From: Azospirillum sp. CAG:239
Lineage (GTDB): Bacteria; Bacteroidota; Bacteroidia; Bacteroidales; Paludibacteraceae
Assembly: GCA_963619585.1 (NCBI GenBank)
Contig: CAVEXR010000005.1
Location: 20,860-84,859 of the forward strand
Direction: 5' to 3'
Length of the DNA: 64,000 bases
The notes below the pieces were generated by a model. That model worked only from the letters and a program-made list of their open reading frames with translations. It did no database searches and was not told where the DNA came from. Below, one piece after another: positions 45,121 through 54,586 of the stretch. Position numbers and translations under genes: made by a program. Each line of letters opens with the position of its first letter. Positions within the stretch are counted from its first letter, which is position 1.

Positions 45121-45296
45121 CGCCCAAAATACGAAACTACACACTCATAAATAGCACACTATAACACACTGTAGCACACTACTCCACACTATAACACCCC
45201 CGAGAATACCCCAATAGGCACTTATAAACAGCACAACACACTCAAAAACAGCACGCACGCTCAGGATAGCACAACACACTTAAACTATAGCACACT

Positions 45297-45716
45297 ATGC
45301 GCAAAATACTCCCGCTGATACTTCTCTGTATAGGCTCGCTGATACCCGCCGTGGCAGACGATGTGGTATACCTCACCACCGAACAGTTCCGTAACCGCAT
45401 CTTCGACTACTCCACCCAAAAAGACTGGCACTACCAAGGCGACAAACCTTGCGTAATAGACTTCTACGCCACCTGGTGTGGTCCCTGCAAACGCTTAGCC
45501 CCCATCATGGACGAACTGAGCCAACAGTACTGCGACCAAGTGGTATTCTACAAAGTAGACATAGAGAAAGAGCGGGATTTGGCATACCTCTTCGGTATCT
45601 CGTCTATCCCGCAAGTACTTTATATCCCCACAGACGGACAACCCGTACTGACCAAAGGACTTGCCCCAAAAGAGGAAATAGAACGCATTATAGACACCGT
45701 ACTGCTGAAGAAATAA
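45297..45716 (+). CDS. exported thioredoxin-family protein
   Basis: Signal peptide plus FYATWCGPCKRLAP. Confidence 0.85.
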   Translation: MRKILPLILLCIGSLIPAVADDVVYLTTEQFRNRIFDYSTQKDWHYQGDKPCVIDFYATWCGPCKRLAPIMDELSQQYCDQVVFYKVDIEKERDLAYLFGISSIPQVLYIPTDGQPVLTKGLAPKEEIERIIDTVLLKK

Positions 45717-45720
45717 GGGT

Positions 45721-47103
45721 ATGAGTTCACTTTTGGCAACCATTCTGCTGGCAGCAAACCTGCTGACTAACGCACCCGTACTCCGGCAGGCGAACATAGG
45801 CATACGGATAGAGAACCTGACAACGGGCGAAGTAGTGGAAGACTATCGTTCCGAGGCAGTCATTCCGCCCGCTTCGGTAATGAAACTGCTCACCACGGGT
45901 GCGGCACTTGAGACACTCGGAGCGGACTACCGCTACAAGACCACCCTCGAATATACGGGAGAGATAGCGGGCGGCATACTGACAGGCGACCTCTACATTC
46001 ACGGAAGCGGCGACCCCTCACTGGGCGACGGACGGCAGACCTTTCTCGCCCAATGGGTACGAGCCATTCAACAGGCAGGCATACACCGCATAGAGGGGCG
46101 GATAATCGCCGACATGACCCTGTTGGACGGCGACGCCATCAACCCCGCATGGCTGTGGGAAGATGCGGCGAACTACTACGCCCCGGGCATCTTTGGCATT
46201 AACTACTTAGGCAACTCACTCAACATCGTCCTACGAAGCGGGGCTGTAGGCACCCAAGCGGAAGTACTGAAGACCGAACCCGACTACCCCGACCTGCAGA
46301 TAATCAACCGCATACGCTGCACCAACATCACCTACGACGGGGCATTTGTACACGGGCTTCCCTACAGCGGGGAACGCTACCTGACAGGCTGCATACCGAG
46401 CAACTTAGGCACCTTCGGCGTACGCAGCGACCTACCCAACCCCGGGCTGCTCCTCGCCCGACACCTGCACGCCCGATTAGGGGCAGCGGGCATAGAGATA
46501 GCCAACCCACCCGCCTACGAAGCAGATTACAACCCCCTTTTGCCCGCAAGACGCATACTCTATACACACTATTCCCAACCGCTCAGCGACCTCGTGGCAG
46601 AGGCGAACATACACAGCAACAACCTCTACGCCGAATCGTTCTTCCGCACACTCGGGCTGCTCTACGCCACCCCAAGCACGGTACATAACTCGTGCGAAGT
46701 GGTACGAGAGTTCTGGCGCAGACGGGGGATAGACCTCTCGGGGGCGATCATCAAAGACGGCTGCGGGCTTGCTCCACAAGACGCCGTCAGTGCTGCCACA
46801 TGGGTACAGGTACTGACCTATATGCAACAAAGCAAGAGCCGCGAGGCATGGTGGCAATCACTGCCCGTAAGTGGCAAGAGCGGCACACTGCGTGGATTCC
46901 TCGCCGGTACGGCACTCGAGGGACGCGTACACGCCAAGAGCGGCACCATAGGAGGAACAAAGAATTTTGCCGGCTACATCGACCTGCCCAACGGCGAACG
47001 CTGGGCATTCTGCATACTGGTGAACAGCGCAAACTGCAAAGCACGCACCATACAACCCATCATAGAGAGATACCTGCTGGATGTATATCGAGCGCACACA
47101 TAG
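45721..47103 (+). CDS. dacB: D-alanyl-D-alanine carboxypeptidase/endopeptidase (PBP4, peptidase S13)
   Basis: SxxK (ASVMK), SxN (HSNN) and KTG-like (KSGT) motifs. Confidence 0.85.
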   Translation: MSSLLATILLAANLLTNAPVLRQANIGIRIENLTTGEVVEDYRSEAVIPPASVMKLLTTGAALETLGADYRYKTTLEYTGEIAGGILTGDLYIHGSGDPSLGDGRQTFLAQWVRAIQQAGIHRIEGRIIADMTLLDGDAINPAWLWEDAANYYAPGIFGINYLGNSLNIVLRSGAVGTQAEVLKTEPDYPDLQIINRIRCTNITYDGAFVHGLPYSGERYLTGCIPSNLGTFGVRSDLPNPGLLLARHLHARLGAAGIEIANPPAYEADYNPLLPARRILYTHYSQPLSDLVAEANIHSNNLYAESFFRTLGLLYATPSTVHNSCEVVREFWRRRGIDLSGAIIKDGCGLAPQDAVSAATWVQVLTYMQQSKSREAWWQSLPVSGKSGTLRGFLAGTALEGRVHAKSGTIGGTKNFAGYIDLPNGERWAFCILVNSANCKARTIQPIIERYLLDVYRAHT

Positions 47104-47890
47104 CACAAACACCCTACTGCGGCAACTGCTGCAAGGCATACACACCGAAGAGACCGAGGCGGTACGCCCCTGTCTTGATATGCCTATCCCCGTTATCCAC
47201 GCAGGCTTTCAGACTGCCGGACGAGGACAAGCGGGCAACGGTTGGGAGAGCAAGGCGGACGAGAACCTGCTATTCTCCTACGCCCTGCGCACACCACCGG
47301 TAGCCCCCGAAGCACAGTTCGTACTCTCGGAATTAGCCTCATGGGTACTCTACCGCACAGTATGCGACCTACTGCCAGAGGAATTACGCCCACGGCTCAC
47401 CGTCAAATGGCCGAATGACCTCTACTATGACGACGGCAAATTAGCAGGCATACTGGTAGAGAACAGCCTGCAAGGAAAGGAAATAGCCTACTCTATCACA
47501 GGCATAGGGCTCAATATCAATCAGACCACTTGGGAAGGAAATGCGCCCAACCCCGTGTCGCTCTACAGCATACCGGGGCATCGGCTCGACCCGAAAGCGG
47601 TATTGGCACGATTTATGGATTACCTGACACGGTACTACGACGAGCCACTCGACGAGCAGGTATGGCACAAGCGTTACTGCAGCGTACTCTACCGCCGCAC
47701 GGGCTTCTATCCGTACATAGAACGGGAAGTAAGCATCGCACCGACTGCCATTGCCCGAAGTGAGGAAAATCCAAAGGGGGTATTCCTTGCTGAATATGTG
47801 AACATTACGCCTACGGGCGAACTCGTACTCCGCACCGAAAGCGGAGAGATAAGAACATACCATTTCAAGCAAATACGATTCGTACTATGA
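47081..47890 (+). CDS. birA: biotin--[acetyl-CoA-carboxylase] ligase (no HTH domain)
   Basis: STNTLLRQL...QTAGRGQAGNGWES...KWPNDLY. Confidence 0.85.
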   Translation: MYIERTHSTNTLLRQLLQGIHTEETEAVRPCLDMPIPVIHAGFQTAGRGQAGNGWESKADENLLFSYALRTPPVAPEAQFVLSELASWVLYRTVCDLLPEELRPRLTVKWPNDLYYDDGKLAGILVENSLQGKEIAYSITGIGLNINQTTWEGNAPNPVSLYSIPGHRLDPKAVLARFMDYLTRYYDEPLDEQVWHKRYCSVLYRRTGFYPYIEREVSIAPTAIARSEENPKGVFLAEYVNITPTGELVLRTESGEIRTYHFKQIRFVL

Positions 47891-49359
47891 AGACACACCA
47901 CCTCGTATTAGGCATAGCCCTCTCGTTGGCGGCAAGCGGGTGTACCCAACACCTGCCCTCCGAAGAGCCTACGCCGACGGACAGTATTCCCGTACAGCCA
48001 AAGGATACCATCCCCGTACAGCCTGACGACACAACGGCTCCCGACGACACAAAACGCAACTACGCCTACCTATTCGACCTCGAAGCACTGCCGGAGATAA
48101 CACTGACCCTGACGGAGAAGGACTGGAACGAATATCTGAGCAACTTCGACCAATGGCAGAACAACCGTCTCTATGTGCCTGCCCAATTCACTTTCCGCAA
48201 GAACGGACAGACCTACCACCGCGACAGTGTGGGCTTACGCCCAAGGGGCAACACCTCGCGTGTACGCCCCGAAGGCAGCCAAGGGGAAGTACACCGCAAC
48301 GGGGCGCAATGGCACCACGCTCACTTCGGGGTGAAATTCACGGAGTACGAATCGGGCGAACGCTTCTTCGGCTGCGACCGTATCATCCTCAAATGGCATA
48401 AAGAAGACCCGATGTACTGCCGCGAGGTATACTGCTACGACCTATTCCACCGCTTCGGGGTATGGAGCGCACCATACGCCTCCTACTGCCGCTTATCCGT
48501 TTCTATTCAGGGAGATACGAAGCCCGTCTATATGGGGGTATATGCCATGATAGAGAACCCGCGCAAGGGATGGCTCGACAGCCGACTCAAAGCAGGCTAT
48601 ATCCCCGACAAGAAAGGGAATATGTGGAAGGCATCGTACGGTGCAGACCTGAGCAACACCGACCCATCCCGCATGGGACTGTCGGACGACTACGGGTTGG
48701 TCAATCCCGTGTATGACCTGAAGACCAACAAGGAAGACCTCGCTTCGGCACAACAGGAACTCGCAGACTTCATCAACGGCATGACCCCGCTCAAATCAGG
48801 TAGTGATGAACTGAAGGCATGGCTCGAAGAACATCTGGATGTAGACCTCTTTCTGCGTGCCTATGCAGTGAATGTAATGGTCGGGATGTGGGACGACTAC
48901 TGGAAAAATCAGAACAACTATTTCTTCTATTTCGACTCACAGCACCGTTTCTACTTTATCCCCTTCGACTACGACAACACCCTCGGCACAGGCGGCATGG
49001 GTATCAACCCCGGCACACAGGATATGCTCCACTGGGGTTCGCTGGAGGGCGACCGTATCTTAATGCGCAAAGTGATGTCCATTCCTGCCTTTCAGGCACA
49101 ATACAAGGCATATATCAATGAGTTGGCAGCATCGGATGACCTCTTCGGCACCGCAGGCAGCCAAGCCCGTATCCGCCAATGGCAGGCACTTATCCGCCCA
49201 TATATAGACAACGACACGGGTGAGGACACACAGATATACGACGCCCCCGCCTCGTGGGGCTCACACCCGCTCTACCGTCTGTTGAGTGGCGGCGTAGGCG
49301 ACGGACAAAATACCGAAGCAAACTTCTTCGACACCAAAATAAACTCTATCTATTGGTAA
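47887..49359 (+). CDS. CotH-family kinase-like lipoprotein
   Basis: Lipobox LAASGC. CotH-like core ...NYFFYFDSQHRFYFIPFDYDNTLG. The start overlaps the birA stop (ATGA). Confidence 0.75.
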   Translation: MKTHHLVLGIALSLAASGCTQHLPSEEPTPTDSIPVQPKDTIPVQPDDTTAPDDTKRNYAYLFDLEALPEITLTLTEKDWNEYLSNFDQWQNNRLYVPAQFTFRKNGQTYHRDSVGLRPRGNTSRVRPEGSQGEVHRNGAQWHHAHFGVKFTEYESGERFFGCDRIILKWHKEDPMYCREVYCYDLFHRFGVWSAPYASYCRLSVSIQGDTKPVYMGVYAMIENPRKGWLDSRLKAGYIPDKKGNMWKASYGADLSNTDPSRMGLSDDYGLVNPVYDLKTNKEDLASAQQELADFINGMTPLKSGSDELKAWLEEHLDVDLFLRAYAVNVMVGMWDDYWKNQNNYFFYFDSQHRFYFIPFDYDNTLGTGGMGINPGTQDMLHWGSLEGDRILMRKVMSIPAFQAQYKAYINELAASDDLFGTAGSQARIRQWQALIRPYIDNDTGEDTQIYDAPASWGSHPLYRLLSGGVGDGQNTEANFFDTKINSIYW

Positions 49360-49462
49360 TCCCATAAGGCTATTGATAATCCCTTACGGGAATCCTATGG
49401 CTGTTGGTAATCCCATACGGGAATCTCATAAGGCAATCACTTAAGGTAATCACATAAAAACC
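49354..49462. repeat. degenerate word array (TAATCCCATAAGG / AATCACTTAAGG units)
   Basis: tggtaatcccataaggctattgataatcccttacgggaatcctatggctgttggtaatcccatacgggaatctcataaggcaatcacttaaggtaatcacataa. Confidence 0.7.
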
Positions 49463-49469
49463 ATTCCAT

Positions 49470-50603
49470 ATGCAATCCATTATTATCACAGGCGGGGCAG
49501 GCTTCATCGGCAGCCATGTCGTACGCCTCTTCGCCACTAAGTACCCGGACTACCGCATTATCAATGTGGACAAACTGACCTACGCAGGCAACCTCGCCAA
49601 CCTAAAAGACATTGAGCACCTGCCCAACTACCGTTTCGTTCGGGCAGACATCTGCGACTTCGACACTATCTATGCCCTGCTGCAAGAGGAACATGTAACG
49701 GGCATTATCCACCTCGCTGCAGAAAGCCATGTAGACCGCTCGATAAAAGACCCGTTCACCTTTGCCCGCACGAATGTGTTAGGCACGCTCTCACTGCTGC
49801 AAGCCGCCAAACTCTACTGGGAATCGCTGCCGGAGAAATACGAGGGCAAACGCTTCTACCATATCTCCACCGATGAGGTATACGGCGCACTCGAACTGAC
49901 ACACCCCGAGGGGCTGCCCTCTCCGTTCTCGACCGTGGCATCATCGTCGGAGAATCACTTTGCTTATGGCGAGGCATTCTTCACGGAGACCACCAAATAC
50001 AATCCCCACAGCCCCTACTCGGCGTCGAAAGCCTCGTCCGACCATTTTGTACGCGCATTCCACGACACCTACGGGATGCCGACTATTGTCACGAACTGCT
50101 CGAACAACTATGGTCCGTATCAGTTCCCCGAGAAACTGATTCCGCTCTTTATCAACAATATACGCCATCGTAAGCCCCTGCCCGTCTATGGCAAAGGAGA
50201 GAATGTACGCGACTGGCTGTATGTGGAAGACCACGCCCGTGCCATCGACCTAATCTTCCACAAAGGCACTATCGCCGAGACCTACAATATAGGCGGGTTC
50301 AACGAATGGAAGAACATCGACATTATCAAGGTGCTGATTAAGACCACCGACCGCCTGCTCGGGCGCAAAGAGGGAGAAGACCTCGACCTAATCACCTATG
50401 TAACAGACCGTGCAGGACACGACCTGCGCTATGCCATCGACTCGCGCAAGTTGCAACGCGAACTCGGGTGGGAACCCTCGCTGCAATTCGAGGAAGGCAT
50501 AGAGAAAACCGTGCGGTGGTATCTTGACCACCAAGACTGGCTCGACAACATCACTTCGGGCGACTACGAGAAATACTACGACGAGATGTACAAGAACCGT
50601 TAA
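49470..50603 (+). CDS. rfbB: dTDP-glucose 4,6-dehydratase
   Basis: IIITGGAGFIGSH, YSASKASSD, and a full-length RfbB-like sequence. Confidence 0.9.
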   Translation: MQSIIITGGAGFIGSHVVRLFATKYPDYRIINVDKLTYAGNLANLKDIEHLPNYRFVRADICDFDTIYALLQEEHVTGIIHLAAESHVDRSIKDPFTFARTNVLGTLSLLQAAKLYWESLPEKYEGKRFYHISTDEVYGALELTHPEGLPSPFSTVASSSENHFAYGEAFFTETTKYNPHSPYSASKASSDHFVRAFHDTYGMPTIVTNCSNNYGPYQFPEKLIPLFINNIRHRKPLPVYGKGENVRDWLYVEDHARAIDLIFHKGTIAETYNIGGFNEWKNIDIIKVLIKTTDRLLGRKEGEDLDLITYVTDRAGHDLRYAIDSRKLQRELGWEPSLQFEEGIEKTVRWYLDHQDWLDNITSGDYEKYYDEMYKNR

Positions 50604-50623
50604 TAGGCTCGTGGAAATCGGCA

Positions 50624-50658
50624 AAGGCTTGCGGCACAGCGTGTTGCAAGCCTTTTTT
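50624..50658 (+). terminator. intrinsic terminator after rfbB
   Basis: aaggcttgc - 13 nt - gcaagcctt followed by tttt. Confidence 0.7.
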
Positions 50659-50718
50659 GTATGTATACAAAGCGGGTGGGGCGTGTTCGAAACCCTTATA
50701 AAAGTCTTATACAAACAG

Positions 50719-50775
50719 GTTTATCTACCGTGTATCTACCGTATATCAACCGTGTATCTACCGTGTATCTACCGT
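50719..50775. repeat. 5 x 11-bp tandem repeat GTATCTACCGT (one diverged unit)
   Basis: gtttatctaccgt gtatctaccgt atatcaaccgt gtatctaccgt gtatctaccgt. Confidence 0.85.
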
Positions 50776-50801
50776 GGTGGTATGGGGATAGACCGCTGAT
50801 T

Positions 50802-50882
50802 CACAAGTAACAAGTAACAGGTAACAATTAACATGCTTTGAGAGCCAATTAACAGGTAACAATTAACAATTAACATACTTCG
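50802..50882. repeat. AAGTAACA/AATTAACA word arrays (two blocks)
   Basis: cacaagtaacaagtaacaggtaacaattaacatgc ... ccaattaacaggtaacaattaacaattaacatacttcg. Confidence 0.85.
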
Positions 50883-50972
50883 TATCGTGTGGGGCGTGGG
50901 GGACTCGGCATTATCGGGTCAAAGGGCTGCGCCCCGCGGGGACTCCCCCTTCCCCTTCAGAGAGGGGGGATT
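50883..50972. repeat. GC-rich ~58-nt module (copy B) followed by a GACTCCCC...CCCCTTC/GAGAGGGGGG hairpin module
   Basis: tatcgtgtggggcgtgggggactcggcattatcgggtcaaagggctgcgccccgcggggactcccccttccccttcagagagggggga. Confidence 0.8.
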
Positions 50973-50978
50973 GCAAAA

Positions 50979-51013
50979 TATAGTCAACTGAGCCTTGCGG
51001 CTCACGCGGGTGA
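50979..51013. repeat. 35-nt module, identical to 20412-20446
   Basis: tatagtcaactgagccttgcggctcacgcgggtga. Confidence 0.9.
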
Positions 51014-51161
51014 GGTGAAGCGGAGGACGGGTGTGCGCAGCACACTGAGCGTCCGAAGCGAGCGAAGCCCAGTGGGCTTCGTTAGAACTCCTTAGACCAC
51101 AACCCACGCCCCCGGGTTGAGCCAAAGGATACACCGGTTCACTTTTCCGCAACTGTTGCAA

Positions 51162-51197
51162 TTCTTCATTCATAACTCTTCATTCATAATTCATAAA
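51162..51197. repeat. ATTCATAA word array
   Basis: ttcttcattcataactcttcattcataattcataa. A related array is at 36371-36398. Confidence 0.75.
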
Positions 51198-51308
51198 TGG
51201 TACTGCATAATCTTTCGAATATGCATACTCAAATTATCAAAAAGACGAGAAAAGGCGTCTTTTTGTTCCGATAAGGCAGAAAAATTTGCATATATCAAAG
51301 AAAAGCAG

Positions 51309-51316
51309 TACTTTTG
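51309..51316 (+). promoter_or_regulatory. -7 box TActTTTG upstream of acpP
   Basis: gcagtacttttgcgcc lies about 285 nt before the acpP ATG. Confidence 0.45.
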
Positions 51317-51599
51317 CGCCGTTTTTGCGAATTGTGCGAAACACAGTCGAGGGCGAAACGACAGGTACTGTCCGCTCACCCCGTCGGAAAGAGAGCAAAA
51401 CAACTGCGGCAGAAAAAAAAGCAACTACGAGTTACTGCGGAAAGCAAAGAGCAACTGCGAGTTACTACTGCAAGCAAAAAGCAACTGCCACACACTTAGC
51501 ATAATCCGACAAAGAATAATTGGGCAAGAATAATAGGGCACGGAATAATCAAACTAAAAAGAATCAAACCAAGAATATCAAACTAAAACTTAATAAGTT

Positions 51600-51842
51600 A
51601 TGACTACTCAAGAAATTGAATCGAAAGTAAAGGCTATCATCGTGGATAAATTGGGCGTAGAAGAGAGCCAAGTAACCAGCACGGCAAACTTCCAGACCGA
51701 CCTCAATGCAGATTCTCTGGACACCGTAGAACTCATCATGGAGTTCGAGAAAGAGTTCAAAATCTCCATTCCCGACGAGGATACCCAAAAGATTACGACC
51801 GTAGGTGATGCTGTTGACTATGTAGCCGGTCAGTTGTCTTAA
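51600..51842 (+). CDS. acpP: acyl carrier protein
   Basis: [16 protein letters not shown] contains the phosphopantetheine Ser motif. Confidence 0.93.
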   Translation: MTTQEIESKVKAIIVDKLGVEESQVTSTANFQTDLNADSLDTVELIMEFEKEFKISIPDEDTQKITTVGDAVDYVAGQLS

Positions 51843-51918
51843 GTTGCACATCTTTTTCGACCAACAAATCATTTACGAGCGTACGGGAACACTGTAGGCT
51901 CGTAAACTATATATACAG

Positions 51919-53178
51919 ATGGAGATAAAACGAGTAGTTATTACAGGCTTGGGCGCACTGACGCCTATAGGTAATACCGTACCCGAATACTGGGATGCTT
52001 TGGTGGCAGGAAAGAGCGGCGTGGCAAACATCACGCAATTCGACGCAAGCCGCTGCAAGACCCACTTTGCCGCAGAGGTCAAGAGATTTGACCCATCGGC
52101 TCTGTTCGACCGCAAAGAGATACGCAAATACGACCGCTACTCCCTCTTCTCGATGTGGGTGGCAAAAGAGGCCATCGCCGACTCGGGGCTCGACCTCGAA
52201 CAGGAAGACCTCGACCGCTTCGGCGTAATATGGGGCAGCGGTATGGGCGGTCTGAAGACCTTTGAGAACGAATGGGGCGAGTTTGCCCGCGGAGACGGAA
52301 CACCGTACTTCAACCCGTTCTACATACCGAAAGTCATCCCCAGCATGGGAGCCGGCAATATCTCGCTGCTGTTGGGCTTACGAGGGCAGAGTTATGCCGT
52401 ATCGTCCGCCTGCTCGTCATCGTCGCACGCTATCGCCACGGCATTCGACCAAATACGCCTCGGGCACGCCATAGTGCTGCTCTCGGGCGGGGCAGACGCA
52501 GATATTACCTACTCGGGCATAGGCGGCTTCAACGCCATGCACGCACTCTCTACCCGAAACGACTCTCCCGAAACGGCATGCCGCCCGTTCTCCGCTTCGC
52601 GCGACGGCTTTGTATTGGGCGAAGGTGCAGGCTGTCTCGTACTGGAAGAACTCGACCACGCCTTGGCACGCGGGGCAAAGATATACGCTGAACTCGTAGG
52701 CGAAGGAATGACCTCCGACGCGTTCCATCTAACGGCTCCCGACCCCGAGGGCAACGGCGCACGGCGCGTGATGCAAACGGCCATAGACGATGCGGGGATC
52801 GCACCGACCGATGTAGACTACATCAACACGCACGGCACCTCGACCCCGCTGGGCGACATCGCCGAACTGAAAGCCATCGAGGCAGTCTTTGGCGAGCATG
52901 TACACAGCCTCAATATCGACTCCACCAAGTCGATGACGGGGCATTTGGTAGGCGCAACAGGAGCGGTCGAGGCAATAGCGACCGTGCTGGCACTCCACCA
53001 CGGCATCGTACCGCCCACCATCAACCACGACCCAAAAGACGAAGACCCGAACATAGACTACAGTTGGAACTTCACTTTCAACGAGGCACAGCGTCGACCG
53101 CTACACTACGCGCTGAGCAACACATTCGGCTTCGGGGGACACAACGCCTGCCTGCTCTTTAAGCATTGGGAGGCATAA
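51919..53178 (+). CDS. fabF: beta-ketoacyl-ACP synthase II
   Basis: VSSACSSSSHAI with the active-site Cys, HGTSTPLGD, and GFGGHNACLLF. Confidence 0.93.
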   Translation: MEIKRVVITGLGALTPIGNTVPEYWDALVAGKSGVANITQFDASRCKTHFAAEVKRFDPSALFDRKEIRKYDRYSLFSMWVAKEAIADSGLDLEQEDLDRFGVIWGSGMGGLKTFENEWGEFARGDGTPYFNPFYIPKVIPSMGAGNISLLLGLRGQSYAVSSACSSSSHAIATAFDQIRLGHAIVLLSGGADADITYSGIGGFNAMHALSTRNDSPETACRPFSASRDGFVLGEGAGCLVLEELDHALARGAKIYAELVGEGMTSDAFHLTAPDPEGNGARRVMQTAIDDAGIAPTDVDYINTHGTSTPLGDIAELKAIEAVFGEHVHSLNIDSTKSMTGHLVGATGAVEAIATVLALHHGIVPPTINHDPKDEDPNIDYSWNFTFNEAQRRPLHYALSNTFGFGGHNACLLFKHWEA

Positions 53179-53306
53179 ACCTACAGGGGACTTCTATAAA
53201 ATCCATACAGAATGACAGGGCGATGCGGACTTCTCGCTAATCAATAGCCGCAGCCGCAGTCGCCTATCAGATAAACAATCCATATTAACTAAAAGGTATT
53301 TGTCGT

Positions 53307-53504
53307 ATGATTACAACAAAGATCGGTGAGAACGCAGGACTTATCTGGAATGCACTGCAAGGCGGTGCGCTCACCACAAAGGCGCTCAAGAAAGCCACCA
53401 AACTGAAAGAAGCAGAATTGAACCTTGCTCTCGGTTGGCTGGCGCGTGAGGGGAAAATCACCTTCACCGTAGAAGACGCAGACACGATTATTGCCCTGCA
53501 ATAA
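53307..53504 (+). CDS. small winged-helix protein (DUF2582-like)
   Basis: IGENAGLIWNALQGGALTTKALKKATKLKEAELNLALGWLAREGKITF. Confidence 0.65.
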   Translation: MITTKIGENAGLIWNALQGGALTTKALKKATKLKEAELNLALGWLAREGKITFTVEDADTIIALQ

Positions 53505-53522
53505 TTCGGATTACTCACAAGT

Positions 53523-53551
53523 AAGAACCTACTCGACCGCAGTAGGTTCTT
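53523..53551 (+). terminator. hairpin after the winged-helix gene
   Basis: aagaacctact - cgaccgc - agtaggttctt followed by ctttcc. Confidence 0.5.
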
Positions 53552-53572
53552 CTTTCCGTTAAAAGAACAGCC

Positions 53573-54574
53573 ATGGTAGTTGCGATAGTAGGTGCCTCCG
53601 GCGCCGTAGGACAGGAATTGCTCAAAGTGCTCGCCGAGCGCCAATTTCCCATTACCGAACTTCGATTATTCGGTTCCTCCCGTAGTGCAGGAACCGAATA
53701 TCTTTTCCATGGTCAACCGCACCGTGTGCGCCTGCTGGAACACGGCGATGCCTTTCGGGGCGTGGATATCGCCTTTGCCTCGGCAGGGGCTTCGGTATCC
53801 AAGGAATACGCCGAGGACATCACCCGCTACGGCGCCATACTGATAGACAATTCGTCGGCGTTCCGCATGGACACGGAGGTGCCTTTGGTCGTACCCGAAG
53901 TGAACGCCGAAGACGCCCTTACGCACCCGCGCGGCATCATCGCCAACCCCAACTGCACCACCATACAGATGGTGGTTGCCCTGCAAGCCATAGCTGCGCT
54001 GAGCCCTATCCGACGCGTGCATGTAGCCACCTACCAAGCCGCCAGCGGGGCAGGCGCACAGGCCATGGCGGAACTCGAAACACAGTACCGAGAGGTGCTC
54101 AACGGGCAGCCCGCCACGGTAAGTAAGTTCCCTTACCAACTGGCATTCAACATGATACCCCAAGTCGATGTATTCACCGACAACGATTATACCAAAGAGG
54201 AGATGAAGATGTACAACGAGACGCGCAAGATAATGCACGCCGACATCCTCGTATCCGCCACCTGCGTGCGTGTCCCCTCGCTGCGGGCGCACTCCGAGAG
54301 CGTTTGGGTAGAGACCGAGCAACCCGTCTCGCCCGAGCAAGCCAAACAGGCTTTTGCGATTGCCAAGGGGTGCGTACTGTTGGACGACCCTGCGACAAAG
54401 ACCTATCCCATGCCCCTCTTCCTGAGCGGACGAGATGAGGTCTTCATCGGGCGTGTGCGGGCAGACCTCGCAAACCCTAACGGACTGACTTTCTGGTGCG
54501 TGAGCGACCAAATACGCAAAGGTGCCGCACTGAATGCGGTGCAGATAGCCGAGTATCTGTTGGAGAATAAATAA
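53573..54574 (+). CDS. asd: aspartate-semialdehyde dehydrogenase
   Basis: [21 protein letters not shown] with the active-site Cys, and QAASGAG. Confidence 0.9.
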   Translation: MVVAIVGASGAVGQELLKVLAERQFPITELRLFGSSRSAGTEYLFHGQPHRVRLLEHGDAFRGVDIAFASAGASVSKEYAEDITRYGAILIDNSSAFRMDTEVPLVVPEVNAEDALTHPRGIIANPNCTTIQMVVALQAIAALSPIRRVHVATYQAASGAGAQAMAELETQYREVLNGQPATVSKFPYQLAFNMIPQVDVFTDNDYTKEEMKMYNETRKIMHADILVSATCVRVPSLRAHSESVWVETEQPVSPEQAKQAFAIAKGCVLLDDPATKTYPMPLFLSGRDEVFIGRVRADLANPNGLTFWCVSDQIRKGAALNAVQIAEYLLENK

Positions 54575-54586
54575 CCCTTTCTTCTC

